64,000 nucleotides of DNA, from the NCBI GenBank assembly GCA_040954595.2, contig CM082586.2:3142249-3206248 (forward strand). Direction: 5' to 3'. The position numbers and the translations under genes were made by a program. Source of the stretch: Balanoglossus misakiensis. Taxonomy: Eukaryota > Animalia > Hemichordata. Below are positions 49,362 through 63,600 of the stretch, in pieces. How positions within the stretch are numbered: position 1 is the stretch's first letter; each line of letters begins with the position of its first letter. The notes under the pieces are model-generated. The model ran no database searches. It was not told where the DNA came from and saw only the letters and a list, made by a program, of their open reading frames with translations.

Positions 49362-51624
49362 TTTTATCAAAACATGACCAAATCTTGAAAATTCCCAAAG
49401 TCGAAAAATGGTCGATTTTTCACCATTTTCATAATCTATAACCCATGATTTTTATCAAAAAATGACCAAATTTCGAAAATTCCCAAAGTCGAAAAAAGTC
49501 GAAAAATGGTCGATTTTTCACGAATTTCCTGAGCTATAACCCATGTTTTTTATGAAAAAATGACCAAATTTCGAAAATTCCCAAAGTCGAAAAATGGTCG
49601 ATTTTTCGCGATTTTCCTGAGCTATAACCCATGGTTTTTATCAAAAAATCACCAAATTTCGAAAATTCCAAAAGTCGAAAATGGTCAATTTTTCGCGATT
49701 TTCCTGAGCTATAACCCATGGTTTTTATGAAAAAATCACCAAATTTCGAAAATTCCCAAAGTCGAAAAATGGTCGATTTTTCGCGATTTTCCTGAGTCAT
49801 AACCCATGGTTTTTATCAAAAAATCACCAAATTTCGAAAATTCCCAAAGTCGAAAAATGGTCGATTTTTCGCGATTTTCCTGAGCTATAACCCATGGTTT
49901 TTATCAAAAAAATCACCAAATTTCGAAAATTCCCAAAGTCGAAAAATGGTCGATTTTTCGCGATTTTCCTGAGCTATAACCCATGGTTTTTATGAAAAAA
50001 TCACCAAATTTCGAAAATTCCCAAAGTCGAAAAATGGTCAATTTTTCGCGATTTTCCTGAGCTATAACCCATGGTTTTTATCAAAAAATCACCAAATTTC
50101 GAAAATTCCCAAAGTCGAAAAATGGTCGATTTTTCGCGATTTTCCTGAGCTATAACCCATGGTTTTTATCAAAAAATCACCAAATTTCGAAAATTCCCAA
50201 AGTCGAAAATGGTCGATTTTTCGCGATTTTCCTGAGCTATAACCCATGGTTTTTATCAAAACATGACCAAATCTTGAAAATTCCCAAAGTCGAAAAATGG
50301 TCGATTTTTCACCATTTTCATAATCTATAACCCATGATTTTTATCAAAAAATGACCAAATTTCGAAAATTCCCAAAGTCGAAAAAAGTCGAAAAATGGTC
50401 GATTTTTCACGAATTTCCTGAGCTATAACCCATGTTTTTTATGAAAAAATGACCAAATTTCGAAAATTCCCAAAGTCGAAAAATGGTCGATTTTTCGCGA
50501 TTTTCCTGAGCTATAACCCATGGTTTTTATGAAAAAATCACCAATTTCGAAAATTCCCAAAGTCGAAAAATGGTCGATTTTTCGCGATTTTTCTGAGCTA
50601 TAACCCATGGTTTTTATGAAAAAATCACCAAATTTCGAAAATTCCCAAAGTCGAAAAATGGTCGATTTTTCGCGATTTTCCTGAGCTATAACCCATGGTT
50701 TTTATGAAAAAATCACCAAATTTCGAAAATTCCCAAAGTCGAAAAATGGTCGATTTTTCGCGATTTTCCTGAGTCATAACCCATGGTTTTTATCAAAAAA
50801 TCACCAAATTTCGAAAATTCCCAAAGTCGAAAAATGGTCGATTTTTCGCGATTTTCCTGAGCTATAACCCATGGTTTTTATCAAAAAAATCACCAAATTT
50901 CGAAAATTCCCAAAGTCGAAAAATGGTCGATTTTTCGCGATTTTCCTGAGCTATAACCCATGGTTTTTATGAAAAAATCACCAAATTTCGAAAATTCCCA
51001 AAGTCGAAAAATGGTCAATTTTTCGCGATTTTCCTGAGCTATAACCCATGGTTTTTATCAAAAAATCACCAAATTTCGAAAATTCCCAAAGTCGAAAATG
51101 GTCGATTTTTCGCGATTTTCCTGAGCTATAACCCATGGTTTTTATCAAAAAATCACCAAATTTCGAAAATTCCCAAAGTCGAAAAATGGTCGATTTTTCG
51201 CGATTTTCCTGAGCTATAACCCATGGTTTTTATCAAAAAATCACCAAATTTCGAAAATTCCCAAAGTCGAAAAATGGTCGATTTTTCGCGATTTTCCTGA
51301 GCTATAACCCATGGTTTTTATCAAAAAATCACCAAATTTCGAAAATTCCCAAAGTCGAAAATGGTCGATTTTTCGCGATTTTCCTGAGCTATAACCCATG
51401 GTTTTTATCAAAAAATCACCAAATTTCGAAAATTCCCAAAGTCGAAAAATGGTCGATTTTTCGCGATTTTCCTGAGTCATAACCCATGGTTTTTATCAAA
51501 AAATAACCAAATTTCGAAAATTCCCAAAGTCGAAAATGGTCGATTTTTCGCGATTTTCCTGAGCTATAACCCATGGTTTTTATCAAAAAATCACCAAATT
51601 TCGAAAATTCCCAAAGTCGAAAAT
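49362..51624 (-). repeat. 87/88-bp satellite array, left arm (about 26 monomers, reverse orientation)
   Basis: Tandem copies of the reverse complement of the right-arm monomer; the outermost copies are more diverged. Confidence 0.97.
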
Positions 51625-54600
51625 CGACCATTTTCGAAATTTGGTGATTTTTTGATAAAAACCATGGGTTATAGCTCAGGAAAATCGCGAAAAATCGACC
51701 ATTTTCGACTTTGGGAATTTTCGAAATTTGGTGATTTTTTGATAAAAACCATGGGTTATAGCTCAGGAAAATCGCGAAAAATCGACCATTTTTCGACTTT
51801 GGGAATTTTCGAAATTTGGTGATTTTTTGATAAAAACCATGGGTTAAAGCTCAGGAAAATCGCGAAAAATCGACCATTTTCGACTTTGGGAATTTTCGAA
51901 ATTTGGTGATTTTTTGATAAAAACCATGGGTTATAGCTCAGGAAAATCGCGAAAAATCGACCATTTTTCGACTTTGGGAATTTTCGAAATTTGGTGATTT
52001 TTTGATAAAAACCATGGGTTATAGCTCAGGAAAATCGCGAAAAATCGACCATTTTCGACTTTGGGAATTTTCGAAATTTGGTGATTTTTTGATAAAAACC
52101 ATGGGTTATAGCTCAGGAAAATCGCGAAAAATCGACCATTTTCGACTTTGGGAATTTTCGAAATTTGGTGATTTTTTGATAAAAACCATGGGTTATAGCT
52201 CAGGAAAATCGCGAAAAATCGACCATTTTTCGACTTTGGGAATTTTCGAAATTTGGTGATTTTTTGATAAAAACCATGGGTTATAGCTCAGGAAAATCGC
52301 GAAAAATCGACCATTTTCGACTTTGGGAATTTTCGAAATTTGGTGATTTTTTGATAAAAACCATGGGTTAAAGCTCAGGAAAATCGCGAAAAATCGACCA
52401 TTTTCGACTTTGGGAATTTTCGAAATTTGGTGATTTTTTGATAAAAACCATGGGTTATAGCTCAGGAAAATCGCGAAAAATCGACCATTTTTCGACTTTG
52501 GGAATTTTCGAAATTTGGTGATTTTTTGATAAAAACCATGGGTTATAGCTCAGGAAAATCGCGAAAAATCGACCATTTTTCGACTTTGGGAATTTTCGAA
52601 ATTTGGTGATTTTTTGATAAAAACCATGGGTTATAGCTCAGGAAAATCGCGAAAAATCGACCATTTTCGACTTTGGGAATTTTCGAAATTTGGTGATTTT
52701 TTGATAAAAACCATGGGTTATAGCTCAGGAAAATCGCGAAAAATCGACCATTTTCGACTTTGGGAATTTTCGAAATTTGGTGATTTTTTGATAAAAACCA
52801 TGGGTTATAGCTCAGGAAAATCGCGAAAAATCGACCATTTTTCGACTTTGGGAATTTTCGAAATTTGGTGATTTTTTGATAAAAACCATGGGTTATAGCT
52901 CAGGAAAATCGCGAAAAATCGACCATTTTCGACTTTGGGAATTTTCGAAATTTGGTGATTTTTTGAGAAAAACCATGGGTTATAGCTCAGGAAAATCGCG
53001 AAAAATCGACCATTTTTCGACTTTGGGAATTTTCGAAATTTGGTGATTTTTTGATAAAAACCATGGGTTATAGCTCAGGAAAATCGCGAAAAATCGACCA
53101 TTTTCGACTTTGGGAATTTTCGAAATTTGGTGATTTTTTGATAAAAACCATGGGTTATAGCTCAGGAAAATCGCGAAAAATCGACCATTTTCGACTTTGG
53201 GAATTTTCGAAATTTGGTGATTTTTTGATAAAAACCATGGGTTATAGCTCAGGAAAATCGCGAAAAATCGACCATTTTTCGACTTTGGGAATTTTCGAAA
53301 TTTGGTGATTTTTTGATAAAAACCATGGGTTATAGCTCAGGAAAATCGCGAAAAATCGACCATTTTCGACTTTGGGAATTTTCGAAATTTGGTGATTTTT
53401 TGATAAAAACCATGGGTTAAAGCTCAGGAAAATCGCGAAAAATCGACCATTTTCGACTTTGGGAATTTTCGAAATTTGGTGATTTTTTGATAAAAACCAT
53501 GGGTTATAGCTCAGGAAAATCGCGAAAAATCGACCATTTTCGACTTTGGGAATTTTCGAAATTTGGTGATTTTTTGATAAAAACCATGGGTTATAGCTCA
53601 GGAAAATCGCGAAAAATCGACCATTTTTCGACTTTGGGAATTTTCGAAATTTGGTGATTTTTTGATAAAAACCATGGGTTATAGCTCAGGAAAATCGCGA
53701 AAAATCGACCATTTTCGACTTTGGGAATTTTCGAAATTTGGTGATTTTTTGATAAAAACCATGGGTTATAGCTCAGGAAAATCGCGAAAAATCGACCATT
53801 TTCGACTTTGGGAATTTTCGAAATTTGGTGATTTTTTGATAAAAACCATGGGTTATAGCTCAGGAAAATCGCGAAAAATTGACCATTTTCGACTTTTGGA
53901 ATTTTCGAAATTTGGTGATTTTTTGATAAAAACCATGGGTTATAGCTCAGGAAAATCGCGAAAAATCGACCATTTTTCGACTTTGGGAATTTTCGAAATT
54001 TGGTGATTTTTTGATAAAAACCATGGGTTATAGCTCAGGAAAATCGCGAAAAATCGACCATTTTCGACTTTGGGAATTTTCGAAATTTGGTGATTTTTTG
54101 ATAAAAACCATGGGTTATAGCTCAGGAAAATCGCGAAAAATCGACCATTTTTCGACTTTGGGAATTTTCGAAATTTGGTGATTTTTTCATAAAAACCATG
54201 GGTTATAGCTCAGGAAAATCGCGAAAAATCGACCATGTTCGACTTTGGGAATTTTCGAAATTTGGTGATTTTTTCATAAAAACCATGGGTTATAGCTCAG
54301 GAAAATCGCGAAAAATCGACCATTTTCGACTTTGGGAATTTTCGAAATTTGGTGATTTTTTGATAAAAACCATGGGTTATAGCTCAGGAAAATCGCGAAA
54401 AATCGACCATTTTTCGACTTTGGGAATTTTCGAAATTTGGTGATTTTTTGATAAAAACCATGGGTTATAGCTCAGGAAAATCGCGAAAAATCGACCATTT
54501 TCGACTTTGGGAATTTTCGAAATTTGGTGAATTTTTGATAAAAACCATGGGTTATAGCTCAGGAAAATCGCGAAAAATCGACCATTTTCGACTTTTGGAA

Positions 54601-57600
54601 TTTTCGAAATTTGGTGATTTTTTGATAAAAACCATGGGTTATAGCTCAGGAAAATCGCGAAAAATCGACCATTTTCGACTTTTGGAATTTTCGAAATTTG
54701 GTGATTTTTTGATAAAAACCATGGGTTATAGCTCAGGAAAATCGCGAAAAATCGACCATTTTCGACTTTGGGAATTTTCGAAATTTGGTGATTTTTTGAT
54801 AAAAACCATGGTTATAGCTCAGGAAAATCGCGAAAAATCGACCATTTTCGACTTTGGGAATTTTCGAAATTTGGTGATTTTTTCATAAAAACCATGGGTT
54901 ATAGCTCAGGAAAATCGCGAAAAATCGACCATTTTTCGACTTTGGGAATTTTCGAAATTTGGTGATTTTTTGATAAAAACCATGGGTTATAGCTCAGGAA
55001 AATCGCGAAAAATCGACCATTTTCGACTTTGGGAATTTTCGAAATTTGGTGATTTTTTGATAAAAACCATGGGTTATAGCTCAGGAAAATCGCGAAAATC
55101 GACCATTTTTCGACTTTGGGAATTTTCGAAATTTGGTGATTTTTTGATAAAAACCATGGGTTATAGCTCAGGAAAATCGCGAAAAATCGACCATTTTCGA
55201 CTTTGGGAATTTTCGAAATTTGGTGATTTTTTCATAAAAACCATGGGTTATAGCTCAGGAAAATCGCGAAAAATCGACCATTTTCGACTTTGGGAATTTT
55301 CGAAATTTGGTGATTTTTTCATAAAAACCATGGGTTATAGCTCAGGAAAATCGCGAAAAATCGACCATTTTCGACTTTGGGAATTTTCGAAATTTGGTGA
55401 TTTTTTCATAAAAACCATGGGTTATAGCTCAGGAAAATCGCGAAAAATCGACCATTTTTCGACTTTGGGAATTTTCGAAATTTGGTGATTTTTTGATAAA
55501 AACCATGGGTTATAGCTCAGGAAAATCGCGAAAAATCGACCATTTTCGACTTTGGGAATTTTCGAAATTTGGTGATTTTTTGATAAAAACCATGGGTTAT
55601 AGCTCAGGAAAATCGCGAAAAATCGACCATTTTTCGACTTTGGGAATTTTCGAAATTTGGTGATTTTTTGATAAAAACCATGGGTTATAGCTCAGGAAAA
55701 TCGCGAAAAATCGACCATTTTCGACTTTGGGAATTTTCGAAATTTGGTGATTTTTTGATAAAAACCATGGGTTATAGCTCAGGAAAATCGCGAAAAATCG
55801 ACCATTTTCGACTTTGGGAATTTTCGAAATTTGGTGATTTTTTGATAAAAACCATGGGTTATAGCTCAGGAAAATCGCGAAAAATCGACAATTTTTCGAC
55901 TTTGGGAATTTTCGAAATTTGGTGATTTTTTCATAAAAACCATGGGTTATAGCTCAGGAAAATCGCGAAAAATCGACCATTTTCGACTTTGGGAATTTTC
56001 GAAATTTGGTGATTTTTTCATAAAAACCATGGGTTATAGCTCAGGAAAATCGCGAAAAATCGACCATTTTCGACTTTGGGAATTTTCGAAATTTGGTGAT
56101 TTTTTCATAAAAACCATGGGTTATAGCTCAGGAAAATCGCGAAAAATCGACCATTTTTCGACTTTGGGAATTTTCGAAATTTGGTGATTTTTTGATAAAA
56201 ACCATGGGTTATAGCTCAGGAAAATCGCGAAAAATCGACCATTTTCGACTTTGGGAATTTTCGAAATTTGGTGATTTTTTGATAAAAACCATGGGTTATA
56301 GCTCAGGAAAATCGCGAAAAATCGACCATTTTTCGACTTTGGGAATTTTCGAAATTTGGTGATTTTTTGATAAAAACCATGGGTTATAGCTCAGGAAAAT
56401 CGCGAAAAATCGACCATTTTCGACTTTGGGAATTTTCGAAATTTGGTGATTTTTTGATAAAAACCATGGGTTATAGCTCAGGAAAATCGCGAAAAATCGA
56501 CCATTTTTCGACTTTGGGAATTTTCGAAATTTGGTGATTTTTTGATAAAAACCATGGGTTATAGCTCAGGAAAATCGCGAAAAATCGACCATTTTCGACT
56601 TTGGGAATTTTCGAAATTTGGTGATTTTTTTCATAAAAACCATGGGTTATAGCTCAGGAAAATCGCGAAAAATCGACCATTTTCGACTTTGGGAATTTTC
56701 GAAATTTGGTGATTTTTTGATAAAAACCATGGGTTATAGCTCAGGAAAATCGCGAAAAATCGACCATTTTTCGACTTTGGGAATTTTCGAAATTTGGTGA
56801 TTTTTTGATAAAAACCATGGGTTATAGCTCAGGAAAATCGCGAAAAATCGACCATTTTTCGACTTTGGGAATTTTCGAAATTTGGTGATTTTTTGATAAA
56901 AACCATGGGTTATAGCTCAGGAAAATCGCGAAAAAATCGACCATTTTTCGACTTTGGGAATTTTCGAAATTTGGTGATTTTTTGATAAAAACCATGGGTT
57001 ATAGCTCAGGAAAATCGCGAAAAATCGACCATTTTTCGACTTTGGGAATTTTCGAAATTTGGTGATTTTTTGATAAAAACCATGGGTTATAGCTCAGGAA
57101 AATCGCGAAAAATCCACCAATTTCGACTTTGGGAATTTTCGAAATTTGGTGATTTTTTGATAAAAACCATGGGTTATAGCTCAGGAAAATCGCGAAAATT
57201 CGACCATTTTTCGACTTTGGGAATTTTCGAAATTTGGTGATTTTTTGATAAAAACCATGGGTTATAGCTCAGGAAAATCGCGAAAATTCGACCATTTTTC
57301 GACTTTGGGAATTTTCGAAATTTGGTGATTTTTTGATAAAAACCATGGGTTATAGCTCAGGAAAATCGCGAAAAATCGACCATTTTCGACTTTGGGAATT
57401 TTCGAAATTTGGTGATTTTTTGATAAAAACCATGGGTTATAGCTCAGGAAAATCGCGAAAAATCGACCATTTTTCGACTTTGGGAATTTTCGAAATTTGG
57501 TGATTTTTTGATAAAAACCATGGGTTATAGCTCAGGAAAATCGCGAAAAATCGACCATTTTCGACTTTGGGAATTTTCGAAATTTGGTGATTTTTTGATA

Positions 57601-60600
57601 AAAACCATGGGTTATAGCTCAGGAAAATCGCGAAAAATCGACCATTTTCGACTTTGGGAATTTTCGAAATTTGGTGATTTTTTGATAAAAACCATGGGTT
57701 ATAGCTCAGGAAAATCGCGAAAAATCGACCATTTTTCGACTTTGGGAATTTTCGAAATTTGGTGATTTTTTGATAAAAACCATGGGTTATAGCTCAGGAA
57801 AATCGCGAAAAATCGACCATTTTTCGACTTTGGGAATTTTCGAAATTTGGTGATTTTTTGATAAAAACCATGGGTTATAGCTCAGGAAAATCGCGAAAAA
57901 TCGACCATTTTCGACTTTGGGAATTTTCGAAATTTGGTGATTTTTTGATAAAAACCATGGGTTATAGCTCAGGGAAAATCGCGAAAAATCGACCATTTTC
58001 GACTTTGGGAATTTTCGAAATTTGGTGATTTTTTGATAAAAACCATGGGTTATAGCTCAGGAAAATCGCGAAAATCGACCATTTTTCGACTTTGGGAATT
58101 TTCGAAATTTGGTGATTTTTTGATAAAAACCATGGGTTATAGCTCAGGAAAATCGCGAAAAATCGACCATTTTTCGACTTTGGGAATTTTCGAAATTTGG
58201 TGATTTTTTGATAAAAACCATGGGTTATAGCTCAGGAAAATCGCGAAAAATCGACCATTTTTCGACTTTGGGAATTTCCGAAATTTGGTGATTTTTTGAT
58301 AAAAACCATGGGTTATAGCTCAGGAAAATCGCGAAAAATCGACCATTTTCGACTTTGGGAATTTTCGAAATTTGGTGATTTTTTGATAAAAACCATGGGT
58401 TATAGCTCAGGAAAATCGCGAAAAATCGACCATTTTCGACTTTGGGAATTTTCGAAATTTGGTGATTTTTTCATAAAAACCATGGGTTATAGCTCAGGAA
58501 AATCGCGAAAAATCGACCATTTCCGACTTTTGGGAATTTTCGAAATTTGGTGATTTTTTGATAAAAACCATGGGTTATAGCTCAGGAAAATCGCGAAAAA
58601 TCGACCATTTTCGACTTTGGGAATTTTCGAAATTTGGTGATTTTTTCATAAAAACCATGGGTTATAGCTCAGGAAAATCGCGAAAAATCGACCATTTTCG
58701 ACTTTGGGAATTTTCGAAATTTGGTGATTTTTTCATAAAAACCATGGGTTATAGCTCAGGAAAATCGCGAAAAATCGACCATTTTTCGACTTTGGGAATT
58801 TTCGAAATTTGGTGATTTTTTGATAAAAACCATGGGTTATAGCTCAGGAAAATCGCGAAAAATCGACCATTTTCGACTTTGGGAATTTTCGAAATTTGGT
58901 GATTTTTTGATAAAAACCATGGGTTATAGCTCAGGAAAATCGCGAAAAATCGACCATTTTCGACTTTGGGAATTTTCGAAATTTGGTGATTTTTTGATAA
59001 AAACCATGGGTTATAGCTCAGGAAAATCGCGAAAAATCGACCATTTTTCGACTTTGGGAATTTTCGAAATTTGGTGATTTTTTGATAAAAACCATGGGTT
59101 ATAGCTCAGGAAAATCGCGAAAAATCGACCATTTTTCGACTTTGGGAATTTTCGAAATTTGGTGATTTTTTGATAAAAACCATGGGTTATAGCTCAGGAA
59201 AATCGCGAAAAATCGACCATTTTTCGACTTTGGGAATTTTCGAAATTTGGTGATTTTTTGATAAAAACCATGGGTTATAGCTCAGGAAAATCGCGAAAAA
59301 TCGACCATTTTTCGACTTTGGGAATTTTCGAAATTTGGTGATTTTTGATAAAAACCATGGGTTATAGCTCAGGAAAATCGCGAAAAATCGACCATTTTTC
59401 GACTTTGGGAATTTTCGAAATTTGGTGATTTTTTGATAAAAACCATGGGTTATAGCTCAGGAAATCGCGAAAAATCGACCATTTTTCGACTTTGGGAATT
59501 TTCGAAATTTGGTGATTTTTTGATAAAAACCATGGGTTATAGCTCAGGAAAATCGCGAAAAATCGACCATTTCCGACTTTGGGAATTTTCGAAATTTGGT
59601 GATTTTTTCATAAAAACCATGGGTTATAGCTCAGGAAAATCGCGAAAAATCGACCATTTTCGACTTTGGGAATTTTCGAAATTTGGTGATTTTTTCATAA
59701 AAACCATGGGTTATAGCTCAGGAAAATCGCGAAAAATCGACCATTTTCGACTTTGGGAATTTTCGAAATTTGGTGATTTTTTCATAAAAACCATGGGTTA
59801 TAGCTCAGGAAAATCGCGAAAAATCGACCATTTTTCGACTTTGGGAATTTTCGAAATTTGGTGATTTTTTGATAAAAACCATGGGTTATAGCTCAGGAAA
59901 ATCGCTAAAAATCGACCATTTTCGACTTTGGGAATTTTCGAAATTTGGTGATTTTTTGATAAAAACCATGGGTTATAGCTCAGGAAAATCGCGAAAAATC
60001 GACCATTTTCGACTTTGGGAATTTTCGAAATTTGGTGATTTTTTCATAAAAACCATGGGTTATAGCTCAGGAAAATCGCAAAAAATCGACCATTTTTCGA
60101 CTTTGGGAATTTTCGAAATTTGGTGATTTTTTGATAAAAACCATGGGTTATAGCTCAGGAAAATCGCGAAAAATCGACCAATTTCGACTTTGGGAATTTT
60201 CGAAATTTGGTGATTTTTTGATAAAAACCATGGGTTATAGCTCAGGAAAATCGCGAAAAATCGACCATTTTCGACTTTGGGAATTTTCGAAATTTGGTGA
60301 TTTTTTCATAAAAACCATGGGTTATAGCTCAGGAAAATCGCAAAAAATCGACCATTTTCGACTTTGGGAATTTTCGAAATTTGGTGATTTTTTGATAAAA
60401 ACCATGGGTTATAGCTCAGGAAAATCGCGAAAAATCGACCATTTTCGACTTTGGGAATTTTCGAAATTTGGTGATTTTTTGATAAAAACCATGGGTTATA
60501 GCTCAGGAAAATCGCGAAAAATCGACCATTTTCGACTTTGGGAATTTTCGAAATTTGGTGATTTTTTGATAAAAACCATGGGTTATAGCTCAGGAAAATC

Positions 60601-63600
60601 GCGAAAAATCGACCATTTTCGACTTTGGGAATTTTCGAAATTTGGTGATTTTTTGATAAAAACCATGGGTTATAGCTCAGGAAAATCGCGAAAAATCGAC
60701 CATTTTCGACTTTGGGAATTTTCGAAATTTGGTGATTTTTTCATAAAAACCATGGGTTATAGCTCAGGAAAATCGCGAAAAATCGACCATTTTCGACTTT
60801 TGGGAATTTTCGAAATTTGGTGATTTTTTGATAAAAACCATGGGTTATAGCTCAGGAAAATCGCGAAAAATCGACCATTTTTCGACTTTGGGAATTTTCG
60901 AAATTTGGTGATTTTTGATAAAAACCATGGGTTATAGCTCAGGAAAATCGCGAAAAATCGACCATGTTCGACTTTGGGAATTTTCGAAATTTGGTGATTT
61001 TTTCATAAAAACCATGGGTTATAGCTCAGGAAAATCGCGAAAAATCGACCATTTTCGACTTTGGGAATTTTCGAAATTTGGTGATTTTTTCATAAAAACC
61101 ATGGGTTATAGCTCAGGAAAATCGCGAAAAATCGACCATTTTCGACTTTGGGAATTTTCGAAATTTGGTGATTTTTTCATAAAAACCATGGGTTATAGCT
61201 CAGGAAAATCGCGAAAAATCGACCATTTTTCGACTTTGGGAATTTTCGAAATTTGGTGATTTTTTGATAAAAACCATGGGTTATAGCTCACGGAAAATCG
61301 CGAAAAATCGACCATTTTCGACTTTGGGAATTTTCGAAATTTGGTGATTTTTTGATAAAAACCATGGGTTATAGCTCAGGAAAATCGCGAAAAATCGACC
61401 ATTTTCGACTTTGGGAATTTTCGAAATTTGGTGATTTTTTGATAAAAACCATGGGTTATAGCTCAGGAAAATCGCAAAAAATCGACCATTTTCGACTTTG
61501 GGAATTTTCGAAATTTGGTGATTTTTTCATAAAAACCATGGGTTATAGCTCAGGAAAATCGCGAAAAATCGACCATTTTCGACTTTGGGAATTTTCGAAA
61601 TTTGGTGATTTTTTGATAAAAACCATGGGTTATAGCTCAGGAAAATCGCGAAAAATCGACCATTTTCGACTTTGGGAATTTTCGAAATTTGGTGATTTTT
61701 TGATAAAAACCATGGGTTATAGCTCAGGAAAATCGCGAAAAATCGACCATTTTCGACTTTGGGAATTTTTCGAAATTTGGTGATTTTTTCATAAAAACCA
61801 TGGGTTATAGCTCAGGAAAATCGCGAAAAATCGACCATTTTCGACTTTGGGAATTTTCGAAATTTGGTGATTTTTTGATAAAAACCATGGGTTATAGCTC
61901 AGGAAAATCGCGAAAAATCGACCATTTTTCGACTTTGGGAATTTTCGAAATTTGGTGATTTTTTGATAAAAACCATGGGTTATAGCTCAGGAAAATCGCG
62001 AAAAATCGACCATTTTCGACTTTGGGAATTTTCGAAATTTGGTGATTTTTTGATAAAAACCATGGGTTATAGCTCAGGAAAATCGCGAAAAATCGACCAT
62101 TTTCGACTTTGGGAATTTTCGAAATTTGGTGATTTTTTGATAAAAACCATGGGTTATAGCTCAGGAAAATCGCGAAAAATTGACCATTTTTCGACTTTTG
62201 GAATTTTCGAAATTTGGTGATTTTTTGATAAAAACCATGGGTTATAGCTCAGGAAAATCGCGAAAAATCGACCATTTTTCGACTTTGGGAATTTTCGAAA
62301 TTTGGTGATTTTTTGATAAAAACCATGGGTTATAGCTCAGGAAAATCGCGAAAAATCGACCATTTTCGACTTTGGGAATTTTCGAAATTTGGTGATTTTT
62401 TGATAAAAACCATGGGTTATAGCTCAGGAAAATCGCGAAAAATCGACCATTTTTCGACTTTGGGAATTTTCGAAATTTGGTGATTTTTTGATAAAAACCA
62501 TGGGTTATAGCTCAGGAAAATCGCGAAAAATCGACAATTTTTCGACTTTGGGAATTTTCGAAATTTGGTGATTTTTTCGATAAAAACCATGGGTTATAGC
62601 TCAGGAAAATCGCGAAAAATCGACCATTTTCGACTTTGGGAATTTTCGAAATTTGGTGATTTTTTGATAAAAACCATGGGTTATAGCTCAGGAAAATCGC
62701 GAAAAATCGACCATTTTTCGACTTTTGGGAATTTTCGAAATTTGGTGATTTTTTGATAAAAACCATGGGTTATAGCTCAGGAAAATCGCGAAAAATCGAC
62801 CATTTTTCGACTTTGGGAATTTTCGAAATTTGGTGATTTTTTGATAAAAACCATGGGTTATAGCTCAGGAAAATCGCGAAAAATCGACCATTTTCGACTT
62901 TGGGAATTTTCGAAATTTGGTGATTTTTTGATAAAAACCATGGGTTATAGCTCAGGAAAATCGCGAAAAATCGACCATTTTCGACTTTGGAATTTTCGAA
63001 ATTTGGTGATTTTTTGATAAAAACCATGGGTTATAGCTCAGGAAAATCGCGAAAAATCGACCATTTTTCGACTTTGGGAATTTTCGAAATTTGGTGATTT
63101 TTTGATAAAAACCATGGGTTATAGCTCAGGAAAATCGCGAAAAATCGACCATTTTCGACTTTGGGAATTTTCGAAATTTGGTGATTTTTTGATAAAAACC
63201 ATGGGTTATAGCTCAGGAAAATCGCGAAAAATCGACCATTTTTCGACTTTGGGAATTTTCGAAATTTGGTGATTTTTTGATAAAAACCATGGGTTATAGC
63301 TCAGGAAAATCGCGAAAAATCGACCATTTTCGACTTTGGGAATTTTCGAAATTTGGTGATTTTTTGATAAAAACCATGGGTTATAGCTCAGGAAAATCGC
63401 GAAAAATCGACCATTTTCGACTTTGGGAATTTTCGAAATTTGGTGATTTTTTGATAAAAACCATGGGTTATAGCTCAGGAAAATCGCGAAAAATCGACCA
63501 TTTTTCGACTTTGGGAATTTTCGAAATTTGGTGATTTTTTGATAAAAACCATGGGTTATAGCTCAGGAAAATCGCGAAAAATCGACAATTTTTCGACTTT

